Positions 9,481 to 18,199 of a stretch of DNA of 64,000 nt are shown piece by piece. Source of the DNA: Candidatus Marinacidobacterales bacterium (lineage in GTDB: Bacteria > Acidobacteriota > Vicinamibacteria > Marinacidobacterales > SMYC01); contig CBDCYI010000009.1 in NCBI GenBank assembly GCA_965224085.1, positions 628,162 to 692,161 of the forward strand. Reading direction: 5' to 3'. The stretch's first letter is position 1, and the number at the start of each line of letters is the position of its first letter. The notes beneath the pieces are model-generated. The model did not search any database, was not told the origin of the DNA, and saw only the letters and a list, made by a program, of their open reading frames with translations. The translations under genes were made by a program, and so were the position numbers.

Positions 9481-10693
9481 CAGAGTCGTTCCGGTTCTTG
9501 GGTCAAACGGACGCGTGGGTTTTCATAATGCAGCGAACACAAAGGCTCCTTGCATCGTGATCGGACGAAAGGGATCGTTCGGGAAGGTAAACTATTCTGA
9601 ACGCCCTGTGTTTGCAATCGATACAACTTTCTTTGTGGATAACCGTTTTTCATCAGCTCATATTCGGTGGCTTTTTTTCCTCTTTGGTTGGCTTCGTCTG
9701 GATGAGGTAACGAGAGACTCAGCGGTACCTGGTCTCGACCGGGAGGATGCTTACCAGAAGCTCATAGTAGTGCCTCCTTTTTCAGAGCAAGCCGCCATCG
9801 TCCGCTACCTCGACCATGCGGATCGTCGCATCCAGCGCTACATCCGCGCCAAGCAGAAGCTGATCACGCTGCTGGAGGAGCAGAAGCAGGCCATCATCCA
9901 GCGCGCCGTGACGCGCGGCCTCGACCCCAACGTCCGCCTCAAGCCCTCCGGCGTGGAGTGGCTGGGGAAAGTGCCGACGCATTGGGAAAGGCGAAGACTG
10001 AAGATTCTTCTCCGACCGGTTGACCGACGATCTGCCACTGGAGCGGAGACACTCCTGTCGTTGCGACGAGACCACGGAATCGTTATTTACGCTGAGCACT
10101 TCGCCAGACCTTCACAGAGCAGGTCCTTGGTGGGGTTTAAGCTCGTTGCCGTGGGTCAGCTAGTCGTCAACCGTCTCCAGGCTAACAATGGGTTGGTCTT
10201 TTGCTCGGGTATTAACGGGCTCGTGAGCCCTGACTACTCTGTGTTCGAGATGAGAAAACCACTCCAGATGCAGTACCTGAGCGATCTTCTTAGAACTTCT
10301 CGCTATCGTTCGCACTTCCGGCGAGAGTCCACAGGGCTCGGTACTGGGACCGCAGGTTTTCTACGACTTTATGACGACAAATTTCTTGAGACGGAAGTGT
10401 TCTTGCCGCCAGTACAGGAGCAGATTCTGATATCCAACTCACTCGCAAACGATATTGCCAAAGTCAAGCGTCTGATGGAACAACAGCAGCGGCAGCTACA
10501 GTTCTTTAATGAGTTCCGAACTCGGCTGATTACCGATGTCGTTACCGGCAAGCTCGATGTGCGGGAGGCGGCCTCCCGGCTGCCGGACGAGGTCGAGGAA
10601 CCGGAGCCGCTAGACGAGACCGACGCCCTCACCGACGGCGAGGAAGAGCCCACCGACGATCGCGACGCCGCCCCCGAAGAGGCCGCGGTGTGA
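9481..10693 (+). pseudogene. hsdS: Type I R-M specificity subunit HsdS with its N-terminal part removed. It keeps the end of target-recognition domain 1, the central conserved region, target-recognition domain 2 and the C-terminal coiled coil. Truncated by IS5-A.
   Basis: ...VPVLGSNGRVGFHNAANTKAPCIVIGRKGSFGKV...PPFSEQAAIVRYLDHADRRIQRYIRAKQKLITLLEEQKQAIIQRAVTRGLDPNVRLKPSGVEWLGKVPTHWE... shows classic HsdS conserved spacers. The reading frame starts inside the IS IR. Confidence 0.8.
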
Positions 10694-13692
10694 CGACCGA
10701 CACCAGTGAACGCGGCCTCGAACGGCTGATCTGCACCGCCCTGACCGGTAGTTCCTGCGATGCCGCGTTGGCGCAGGCAGGCTTGGAAGACGAAGCCGCC
10801 ACCCCCTCGGACGGGGTCGGCTGGATCTGCGGCGCCCCCAACGACTACGACCGCGAGTACACGGTCGATCTGGCGCAGCTCCTCGCGTTCCTGGTCGAAA
10901 CGCAACCGGATGCGTTCGAGGGGCTGCGTCTCGAAGACGATGGCCCAGCACGCCGGAAGTTCCTGGCCCGCCTCCAAGGTGAGGTCCGCAAGCGCGGCAT
11001 CATCGACGTACTCCGCAAAGGGGTCAAGGACGGGCCGCATCACGTCGAGCTCTTCTACGGCACGCCGTCTTCCGGCAACCCACTCGCCGCTGAACGCTAC
11101 GCCCAGAACCGCTTCTCGGTCAGGCGCCAGCTCCGCTACAGCCGCGACGAGACCCAGCGGGCGCTCGATCTCGGGCTGTTCATCAACGGCCTGCCGGTTG
11201 CCACGTTCGAGCTGAAGAACAGTCTCACCAAGCAGACGGTCGAGGACGCCGTGGAGCAGTACAAGCGTGACCGCGACCCGCGCGAGAAGCTCTTCGAGTT
11301 CGGCCGCTGCGTGGCGCACTTCGCGGTGGACGACCGCGCGGTGCAATTCTGCACGCACCTCAATGGAAAGGGCTCGTGGTTCCTGCCCTTCGACCAGGGC
11401 TGGAACGACGGCGCCGGCAACCCGCCGAATCCGAACGGTCTCAAGACCGACTACCTGTGGAAGCGGATTCTCACCCGCGACGGGCTGACCGACATCCTGG
11501 AGAACTACGCGCAGGTCGTCGAAACCAAGGATGAGAAGACGGGCAAGAAGAAGAGGAAGGTGCAGATCTGGCCGCGCTACCACCAACTCGATGTGGTGCG
11601 ACGGCTGCTGGCTGACACGCGCCGACACGGCGCAGGGAAGCGGTATCTCATCCAGCACTCGGCCGGCAGCGGGAAGTCGAACTCCATCGCCTGGCTCGCC
11701 CACCAGTTGATCGGGCTCAGGAAGGACGCCGCCGGGGTGTTCGACTCCATCATCGTGGTCACGGACAGACGCATTCTCGACCAGCAGATCTGCGCCACGA
11801 TCAAACAGTTCGCCCAGGTCGGGGCCACCGTCGGCCATGCCGAACGCTCGGCTAACCTCCGTGCGTTTATCGAGGGCGGCAAGAAGATCATCATCTCGAC
11901 GGTGCAGAAGTTCCCGTTCATCCTCGACGAGATCGGAAACGAGCAACGGGGCCGGCGCTTCGCCATCATCATTGACGAGGCGCATTCGAGCCAGACCGGC
12001 AAGACCTCGGCAGCGGTCAGCGTGGCGCTCTCCGAGGCGGGCGCTGCCGAGGATGATGAGACCACCGAGGACACGATCAACCGCATCATGGCTGCTCGGA
12101 GACTTCTCCCGAACGCGAGCTACTTCGCCTTCACCGCCACGCCCAAGAACAAGACGCTGGAGATCTTCGGCGAGGCGTACGACGCGGGCGGCCAGACCAG
12201 GCACCGCCCCTTCCACAGCTACACCATGAAGCAGGCGACCCAGGAGGGCTTCATCCTAGACGTGCTGCGGCACTACACGCCAGTCGAGAGCTACTACAAG
12301 CTCATCAAGAAGGTCGAGGAGGATCCCGAGTTCGACACCAAGCGCGCCCGGAAGAAGCTGCGCCGCTACGTGGAGGGCCACGATTATGCCATCCGGCTCA
12401 AGGCCGAGATCATGGTGGACCACTTCCACGAACAGGTGCTGGCGCTCAACAAGATCGGAGGCAAGGCTCGCGCGATGGTGGTGACGGGAGGCATCGAGCG
12501 CGCGATTCAGTATTACCACGCAATCCGGCAGTACCTTCTGGAGCACAAGAGCCGGTATCAGGCCATCGTCGCCTTCTCAGGCGAGCACGAGTATGGCGGG
12601 GTGCAGGTCAGTGAGTCGTCCCTCAATGGCTTCCCGTCCGGGCGGATCGCTGACAAGATCCAGCAGGACCCGTATCGGTTCCTCATTTGTGCCGACAAGT
12701 TTCAGACCGGGTACGACGAGCCACTGTTGCACACGATGTACGTGGACAAGATCTTGTCCGGGATCAAGGCGGTCCAGACGCTGTCGCGTCTCAATCGGGC
12801 GCACCCGCAGAAACACGACGCGTTCGTGCTCGATTTCATGAACGATGCCGACACCATCCAGGAGGCGTTCGCTGACTACTACCGGACGACGGTCCTGAGC
12901 GAGGAGACCGATCCCAACAAGCTGCACGACCTCAAGGCCGCGCTCGATGGCTACCAGGTGTATGCCGACGCAGAGATCGACCAGCTCGTGACGCTCTACC
13001 TGGGTGGGGCCGACCGCGACCAGCTCGACCCCATCCTCGACGCCTGCGTCGCGGTCTACAAGGAACGGCTCGACGAGGACGGGCAGGTGGACTTCAAGGG
13101 CAAGGCCAAGGCGTTCGAGCGCGCGTACGGCTTCCTCGCCTCAATCCTGCCGTACACGCACGCCGAGTGGGAGAAGCTCTCTATCTTCCTGAACTTCCTT
13201 GTGCCGAAGCTTTCCGCGCCTGTGGAAGAGGATCTGTCCAAAGGCATCCTTGAGTCCATCGACATGGACAGCTACCGGGTCGAGAAGAAGGCGGCGAGAC
13301 ACGTCCAACTGGCGGACGAGAACGCCGAGATCAAGCCGGTTCCGACTAACGGCGGCGGCCACAGGCCGGAACCCGAACTCGACCGCCTCTCGAACATCCT
13401 CAAGACCTTCAACGACCAGTTCGGGAACATTCCCTGGACCGACGGCGACCGCGTCCACCGGCTCATCACGGAGGACATCCCGAACCGAGTGGCGGCCGAC
13501 CGGGCCTACCAGAACGCCAAGCAGAACTCCGACAAGCAGAACGCGCGGATCGAGCACGACAAGGCGCTCCGGCGGGTGATGACGGCGCTGCTGCAGGACG
13601 ACACGGAGTTGTTCAAGCAGTTCAGCGACAACGAGTCGTTCCGGCGGTGGCTGACGGACACGATCTTCTCGATCACCTACGAGGCTGCGTAG
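10690..13692 (+). CDS. hsdR: Type I restriction endonuclease subunit HsdR, 1000 aa, apparently intact.
   Basis: HsdR N-domain (FATFELKNSLTKQTVEDAVEQYKRDRDP...), helicase motif I (QHSAGSGKSN), DEAH (IIIDEAHSSQTG), and a 4-bp overlap with hsdS (GTGTGA). Confidence 0.9.
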   Translation: MTTDTSERGLERLICTALTGSSCDAALAQAGLEDEAATPSDGVGWICGAPNDYDREYTVDLAQLLAFLVETQPDAFEGLRLEDDGPARRKFLARLQGEVRKRGIIDVLRKGVKDGPHHVELFYGTPSSGNPLAAERYAQNRFSVRRQLRYSRDETQRALDLGLFINGLPVATFELKNSLTKQTVEDAVEQYKRDRDPREKLFEFGRCVAHFAVDDRAVQFCTHLNGKGSWFLPFDQGWNDGAGNPPNPNGLKTDYLWKRILTRDGLTDILENYAQVVETKDEKTGKKKRKVQIWPRYHQLDVVRRLLADTRRHGAGKRYLIQHSAGSGKSNSIAWLAHQLIGLRKDAAGVFDSIIVVTDRRILDQQICATIKQFAQVGATVGHAERSANLRAFIEGGKKIIISTVQKFPFILDEIGNEQRGRRFAIIIDEAHSSQTGKTSAAVSVALSEAGAAEDDETTEDTINRIMAARRLLPNASYFAFTATPKNKTLEIFGEAYDAGGQTRHRPFHSYTMKQATQEGFILDVLRHYTPVESYYKLIKKVEEDPEFDTKRARKKLRRYVEGHDYAIRLKAEIMVDHFHEQVLALNKIGGKARAMVVTGGIERAIQYYHAIRQYLLEHKSRYQAIVAFSGEHEYGGVQVSESSLNGFPSGRIADKIQQDPYRFLICADKFQTGYDEPLLHTMYVDKILSGIKAVQTLSRLNRAHPQKHDAFVLDFMNDADTIQEAFADYYRTTVLSEETDPNKLHDLKAALDGYQVYADAEIDQLVTLYLGGADRDQLDPILDACVAVYKERLDEDGQVDFKGKAKAFERAYGFLASILPYTHAEWEKLSIFLNFLVPKLSAPVEEDLSKGILESIDMDSYRVEKKAARHVQLADENAEIKPVPTNGGGHRPEPELDRLSNILKTFNDQFGNIPWTDGDRVHRLITEDIPNRVAADRAYQNAKQNSDKQNARIEHDKALRRVMTALLQDDTELFKQFSDNESFRRWLTDTIFSITYEAA

Positions 13693-13792
13693 AGGGCTCG
13701 GGCTCCCGAGCTGGCTGACGAGGGAGGGCGCGAGTACCCGCTCAAGCATTGCCGGACCCTGATTGAGGCCGAATCCGAGGCAAGTAAGGACA

Positions 13793-14116
13793 CCAAGGAG
13801 GCCCAAGCCCACCTGGACCAGAACGTGCTAGCCGGCTACGCCACGGTAGCCCTGGCCTCGATGTTGGACCCCTCGGGTGACCTCTTTTCCGATGCCGTAC
13901 GGCCCGGTCAGCGCCTGTTCTCCTACTTTGCGCAAACGTGGCACTCGAAAATCGCGATTAGAGACGAAACCCGAAAATGACGCCAGTTCAGCCCTTCCAG
14001 TGCGTCTCTGGTGCCACCTACCCCTGCAAAACCCCGCCAACCGCGCGGAAAATCTCATCCGTCTCTGCAGTGCCACAATTTGCAAGACTGGGTGGCGGAT
14101 GGCGCAGTCTGGAGCT
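13793..14116 (+). repeat. Copy R1 of a ~320-bp sequence that natively flanks the 3' end of tRNA-Ser (compare 40878-41196). It ends in ...gggtggcgga, which is the last 7 nt of the tRNA (TCCGCCA) on the other strand.
   Basis: About 85% identity to 40878-41196. The boundary falls exactly at tRNA position -7 from the 3' end. Confidence 0.8.
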
Positions 14117-14277
14117 ATCCGGTCTCTGGGTTTATGGGCAGTTATGGGCAGTCTCTAAAAAGGGCAGAGTTTCAAGCCGGTCATCGACCCTCCACAGGCC
14201 GACGTCGAACTCGAAGTACTATTTGCACCATACGCTGATCCGACTCGAAGCAGATCTGGCTCTAGAGTTTCCGTGCT

Positions 14278-14505
14278 GTCTGGTCCGCCACCAAGTCCGG
14301 CCAATTGCGGCACTGCAGAGACGGGCGGGATTTTCCACGCGGTTGGCGGGGTTTTGCAGGATTAAGTGGCACCAGAGACGCGCTAGAAGGGCTGAAAAGG
14401 CCTCATTTTCGGTTTTGGTCTCTAATCGCTATTTTCGAGTGCCACGTTTGCGCCCAAATAGGAGAACGGGCGCTGACAGGGCCGTGCCGCGTCGGAAAAG
14501 AGGCC
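14278..14505 (-). repeat. Copy R3, inverted relative to R1. It starts with the tRNA 3'-end fragment (tccgccacc) and runs about 225 bp until it is cut by the IS110 end.
   Basis: The reverse complement of 14290-14470 matches 13925-14100 and 41020-41190. R1 and R3 form a large inverted repeat around a 161-bp spacer (14117-14277). Confidence 0.8.
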
Positions 14506-14512
14506 GCCCGAG

Positions 14513-15867
14513 GGTACTTTCGACTGACACTCCCGGCCGAAGGCATTTTTCATGATATGGATTGATCGGGAACGAGGCTGAAGCCGAGTCGGGTAGCTTT
14601 GCGTCGGAGATTACTCAGGAGGCGTTGCTGGTATTGCCTTTCATAGGCGTCCTGACCGAGCTCAATGAACTCCTCTCCAGTCGCAAGCATGCGGAAGTAG
14701 ATGGTCGCTATTTTACGGGCGGTAGCTGTGATGGCCTTTGGAGCACCTCGTCGCGATCGGATTCGTCGATAGAAAGCGCCGAGCGCGGTTTGGGTATTGC
14801 GGACAGCGCACGCGGCGAGGCGAAAGAGTTTTGCAGCACGACTGGAGCTCATTGGGGTGGCCCGGCGAAAGATTCGACCAGCGGACTCCTTATTATTCGG
14901 TGCGAGAGCTAGCCATGAGGTGAAGTGCTTGTCACTTTTCCACGGGCTCATGTCGCAACCGGTTTCTCCTACGAGCTGCAGAACGGCATAGCTACCTAAG
15001 CCGGGAACCCTGGTTAGGTCCACCCCCGTGAGTCCCAATAGAGACTCAGCGAGCGGAAAGCGCGGCCCGTTGCCGCTACGCGCTCGCCGTGTCCGTGGTT
15101 TCGGCTTAGGCCGAGCGTCCTGAGGCCGGGTCTCCAATTTGGACAGGCATCTCTCGATCCGCTTGTCACAGTCTTCCATTTTCTCTTGATAGAAATCGTA
15201 CAACTCCACCGACTGTTGAAGAGCGAAAACATGCTCGCTCCGATAGTTACCTTCTAAGGCTTTCGCGATCGTGGCCTCATCGTTGTGGCAACGTTCATGC
15301 CTCAGTTTTGCTAGGTCACGAGGATCTCGCTCTCCTCTCAAGATCGCTCGGATGATCGCAAGGCCGGTGACTCCGGTCACGTCGCGCAGGACGTGTTGTA
15401 GCTGGAGCCCCATTTGGTTGAGCGCTTTGTGCATATGCTGAATGTGGCGAGCCGCTGACTCCACCAGCGAGCTTCGTTGGCGGGTGTATGCCCTTAGCTC
15501 GCAAATCGCCGATTCCGGCCGAAAGGTTTTTGGGAGTAGCCCGAATGTATGCAGCTGTTGCAGCCACTCCGCATCCGACACGTCTGACTTGCGCCCAGAT
15601 ACGTTTTTCACTTTGCGAGCATCGACCAGATAGACTTCAAATCCCTCGTCTTCCAACAACTCGTACAGTGGAATCCAATAAACTCCGGTCGACTCCATCG
15701 CCACCGTGCACACGCCGCACGCCTTCAGCCAATTGGCCAGCTCTCGCAGCGAGCATACAAAGCTCTGAAACGTGCGGACATGTTCGCCCTCAGGAGTGCG
15801 CCCCTTCGGGACTGCCGCCACGATTGACTCCGCTCCAATATCAATCCCTGCAGCATCTAGATTTACC
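14513..15867 (-). mobile_element. IS110-family element type a, 1355 bp, with no obvious IRs and very short non-coding ends.
   Basis: Identical in length and about 99% in sequence to 20102-21456. Its ends were defined by where the two copies diverge from their flanks (...gtcgaaagtacc / ggtaaatctag...). Confidence 0.8.
14550..15866 (-). CDS. IS110-family (DEDD) transposase, about 438 aa. The true start codon is uncertain.
   Basis: ...NLDAAGIDIGAESIVAAVPKG... (N-terminal DEDD region) ...TGVYWIPLYELLEDEGFEVYLVDARKVKNVSGRKSDVSDAEWLQQL... C-terminal transposase_20-like region. Confidence 0.8.
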   Translation of the reverse strand, partial: VNLDAAGIDIGAESIVAAVPKGRTPEGEHVRTFQSFVCSLRELANWLKACGVCTVAMESTGVYWIPLYELLEDEGFEVYLVDARKVKNVSGRKSDVSDAEWLQQLHTFGLLPKTFRPESAICELRAYTRQRSSLVESAARHIQHMHKALNQMGLQLQHVLRDVTGVTGLAIIRAILRGERDPRDLAKLRHERCHNDEATIAKALEGNYRSEHVFALQQSVELYDFYQEKMEDCDKRIERCLSKLETRPQDARPKPKPRTRRARSGNGPRFPLAESLLGLTGVDLTRVPGLGSYAVLQLVGETGCDMSPWKSDKHFTSWLALAPNNKESAGRIFRRATPMSSSRAAKLFRLAACAVRNTQTALGAFYRRIRSRRGAPKAITATARKIATIYFRMLATGEEFIELGQDAYERQYQQRLLSNLRRKATRLGFSLVPDQSIS

Positions 15868-15883
15868 GTGTCGAGCTCGTGCG

Positions 15884-16969
15884 GCGTTGTTGCACCGCTC
15901 TTGGCTGAGCGCGAAATCTACCTATGGTGGTGGCCGAGGTAATGTTCGACCATGAAGTATCCCAAGCGCAGCCAGTACAAGCACGCGAAGCAGAAGAAGT
16001 ACCACGTTTCCAACTGGGCGGAATACAACGAAGGGCTGCGCCGCCGGGGCGATTTGACGGTCTGGTTTGACGAGGAGGCAATCGCGAACTGGAAGGCCGA
16101 CAAGAGCGGTAAGCCTGGCGGTCAACGGGTCTATTCAGAGATGGCGATTGAAACGGGCCTGGTTGTCCGGATGGTGTACAAGCTTGCCTACCGCCAAACC
16201 GAAGGCTTCTTGCACTCGATCGCCTCGCTTCTCCGGCTGTGTATCGAGATCCCGGACTACTCGACGTTGTGTCGGCGGTCGAGGCTGCTCCGCAAGAAGC
16301 TGCGGATTCGGAAAGCCGCAAGCAATCAACCAATCCACCTGATGATCGATAGCACGGGCTTGAGGATTCATGTTGGAACCACCCGCAAACCGCCAAAGCA
16401 GCGCGCCTGGCGCAAGTTGCACATCGCCGTTGATCGCAAGACCGGCAACATTGTTGCGTCCGAACTGACGGCGTCACGAGCTCGCGACGCAACGCGAGTC
16501 CCCCCTTTGCTAACACAGATTCAAGCACCTATAGCGTCGGTGGCGGCGGACAGTGCATACGACAAGGAAGCGGTCTACGAAGCCATCGAAGCGCACAGTC
16601 CTGGACGAAGGACGCGCGTGGTGATTCCGCCGCAACGAAACGCCACGCTCAGTCAGAATTCGAACACCGCCATGCGGGAACGCGACCGCCATATTCGTGC
16701 AATCGAAAGACACGGCCGACGTGAATGGTACAAGCTCTCAGGCTGCACCGAGCGAAGCATGGTGGAGAACGCGGTCTATCGTTACAAGGCGATCATGGGG
16801 CCCGAGATGCGGGCTCGAACGTTGGCGAGGCAACGAGTTGAACACCGAATTGGGTGCGAGATACTCAACAAGATGACCGCGCTCGGCATGCCCGATACTT
16901 ACTGCGCCGGGTGACTCTCCGACCGGCACAGGGAGGTCAGCGATTTGCTCCGGGCCGTGCAACAACGCC
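15884..16969 (+). mobile_element. IS5-family element type B, full-length reference copy (1086 bp) with IRs GGCGTTGTTGCAC(C/G)GC.
   Basis: Left and right IRs found. Three other copies in the window share the ends. Confidence 0.9.
15952..16914 (+). CDS. IS5-family DDE transposase (type B), 320 aa.
   Basis: Same architecture as the type A transposase (KRSQYKHAKQKKYHVSNWAEYNEGLRRRGDLTVW...). Intact ORF. Confidence 0.9.
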   Translation: MKYPKRSQYKHAKQKKYHVSNWAEYNEGLRRRGDLTVWFDEEAIANWKADKSGKPGGQRVYSEMAIETGLVVRMVYKLAYRQTEGFLHSIASLLRLCIEIPDYSTLCRRSRLLRKKLRIRKAASNQPIHLMIDSTGLRIHVGTTRKPPKQRAWRKLHIAVDRKTGNIVASELTASRARDATRVPPLLTQIQAPIASVAADSAYDKEAVYEAIEAHSPGRRTRVVIPPQRNATLSQNSNTAMRERDRHIRAIERHGRREWYKLSGCTERSMVENAVYRYKAIMGPEMRARTLARQRVEHRIGCEILNKMTALGMPDTYCAG

Positions 16970-17184
16970 ACGACGATGTGAAGTCCAGGCTACGCGTACG
17001 TGCGGCGGGTAACGGCCGTTCCATGGAAGAGGAGGCGCGCTTGATCCTCCGGGATGCGGTCGAACGCAGGCCGAGTTCCAATAACCTCGCAGACATCATC
17101 CGCGCGCACTTCGGGCCATCCAAGGGCGTGGATCTGGAGTTGCCACCGCGCGATGCGGGCCGAGAGCCACCGTCCTTCGATTGA
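16970..17184 (+). CDS. StbC/FitA-like ribbon-helix-helix antitoxin that has lost about its first 10 codons to the IS5-B insertion. The remaining frame starts inside the IS right IR.
   Basis: ...DDVKSRLRVRAAGNGRSMEEEARLILRDAVERRPSSNNLADIIRAHFG... matches plasmid-stability/VapB-type antitoxins, which begin M..LTIRNLDDEVK. Confidence 0.65.
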
Positions 17185-17194
17185 GGGAACGACC

Positions 17195-17617
17195 ATGTTT
17201 CTCCTGGATACCAACGTCGTATCCGAGTTGATGCGTACGTCGCCGGACTCCGCAGTCGAGGCATGGATTGCCGGCCACCCCGTCAAGGACCTGTTCTTCT
17301 CGGCGATTGGCGAATCCGAACTGCGCTATGGAGCCGCGATCATGCCGGTAGGCCAGCGCCGTGAAACGCTCGTCTCTGATATCGAGACGATGCTGCACGC
17401 TGCCTTCGAAAACCGCATATCGCCGTTCGACAGCGGGGCGGCGCGTGCTTATGCGAATATCGCCGCCAAGCGCCGGGGCGCAGGACGTGCCGTCGCTCCG
17501 GCGGACTGCCAGATCGCAGCGATTGCCCGGGCACGCGGCATGGCGGTGGCGACGCGCGACGTTCGAGACTTCGAGGATATGGGGGTCGAACTCTTCAATC
17601 AATGGGACGGCGCATGA
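17195..17617 (+). CDS. vapC: PIN-domain toxin VapC (second copy).
   Basis: MFLLDTNVVSELMRTSP...AIGESELRYGAAIMPVGQRRETL...CQIAAIARARGMAVATRDVRDFEDMGVELFNQWDG; PIN catalytic D/E residues. Confidence 0.85.
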   Translation: MFLLDTNVVSELMRTSPDSAVEAWIAGHPVKDLFFSAIGESELRYGAAIMPVGQRRETLVSDIETMLHAAFENRISPFDSGAARAYANIAAKRRGAGRAVAPADCQIAAIARARGMAVATRDVRDFEDMGVELFNQWDGA

Positions 17618-17820
17618 GCAGAACGACGGAAGCGTTTTCCCGCGTCAAAATCGACGCTCAAAAGCAGGAATTGCTGGCGAAACTTGAAGTGATGCAAAAA
17701 GAATTCAAAGCCGCCAAAAAATATGCGGTGAAGAAAAAGCTGGGGAACGAGATCGCCCTGACCATGGCGAGGCTGCGGGAGATCATCGAGAACCCACACG
17801 GGCCGCTCGGCATAGGTTGA
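17614..17820 (+). CDS. Small basic predicted coiled-coil ORF (68 aa) whose start overlaps the vapC stop (ATGA).
   Basis: MSRTTEAFSRVKIDAQKQELLAKLEVMQKEFKAAKKYAVKKKLGNEIALTMARLREIIENP. The 4-nt overlap suggests translational coupling. Lower GC than its neighbours. Confidence 0.3.
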   Translation: MSRTTEAFSRVKIDAQKQELLAKLEVMQKEFKAAKKYAVKKKLGNEIALTMARLREIIENPHGPLGIG

Positions 17821-17827
17821 ACTGTTG

Positions 17828-17860
17828 TTGGTCCAGCTCAATTTGACAGTACCGTTCGGA
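17828..17860. repeat. Solo copy of the IS6 terminal inverted repeat (ccagctcaatttgacagtaccgttcgg).
   Basis: 17/17 identity of ccagctcaatttgacag with the IS6 right end at 3211-3227. The following bases resemble the IS6 left end (aacggtaYtgtcaa). Confidence 0.55.
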
Positions 17861-18199
17861 GGCTCTTCAGCAAAAAGTCGATCCAGCGGTACGCGATCTT
17901 CTTTTTTGCGGATCACAACTAAGCTGCTGATTTATGATCTATTTCAAAAAGGCCGAGTTTTGGCACAGGACGGGGCCTGCTTACAAGTTTTTGGAATCGC
18001 GGGTCTTGAGTTCGTTTATGTTTTTGGACACCACGGGATTGGAAACATGCCGACCTTCTCCGGCTGAACCAAGGTAAGATTGTCAGTGCCGTAACCGACG
18101 AGGAGGTCGGAGTCTACAACTTGGTCCATACTCCCTATCGGCCGGCGTAGCCTTAGAGAGCTCCCCCTGAGAGTCTGAAATCAAGGAAGGTCCCACCCG

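Noticed and set aside
10369-12216. 615-aa minus-strand ORF antisense to hsdR. Similar long antisense ORFs lie opposite other genes: 1173-2051, 7615-8226, 24133-24828, 35752-36477, 41501-42196 and 57872-59164.
   Set aside because: They are low-complexity Arg/Ala/Gly-rich translations typical of the reverse strand of high-GC coding DNA. Each is fully overlapped by a gene with clear domain content on the other strand.
13877-14555. ORFs of 85-190 aa inside the R1/R3 repeat region.
   Set aside because: They lie in a non-coding repeat and run through the inverted-repeat arms. They have no coding periodicity and their sequence is duplicated only as DNA, in opposite orientations.
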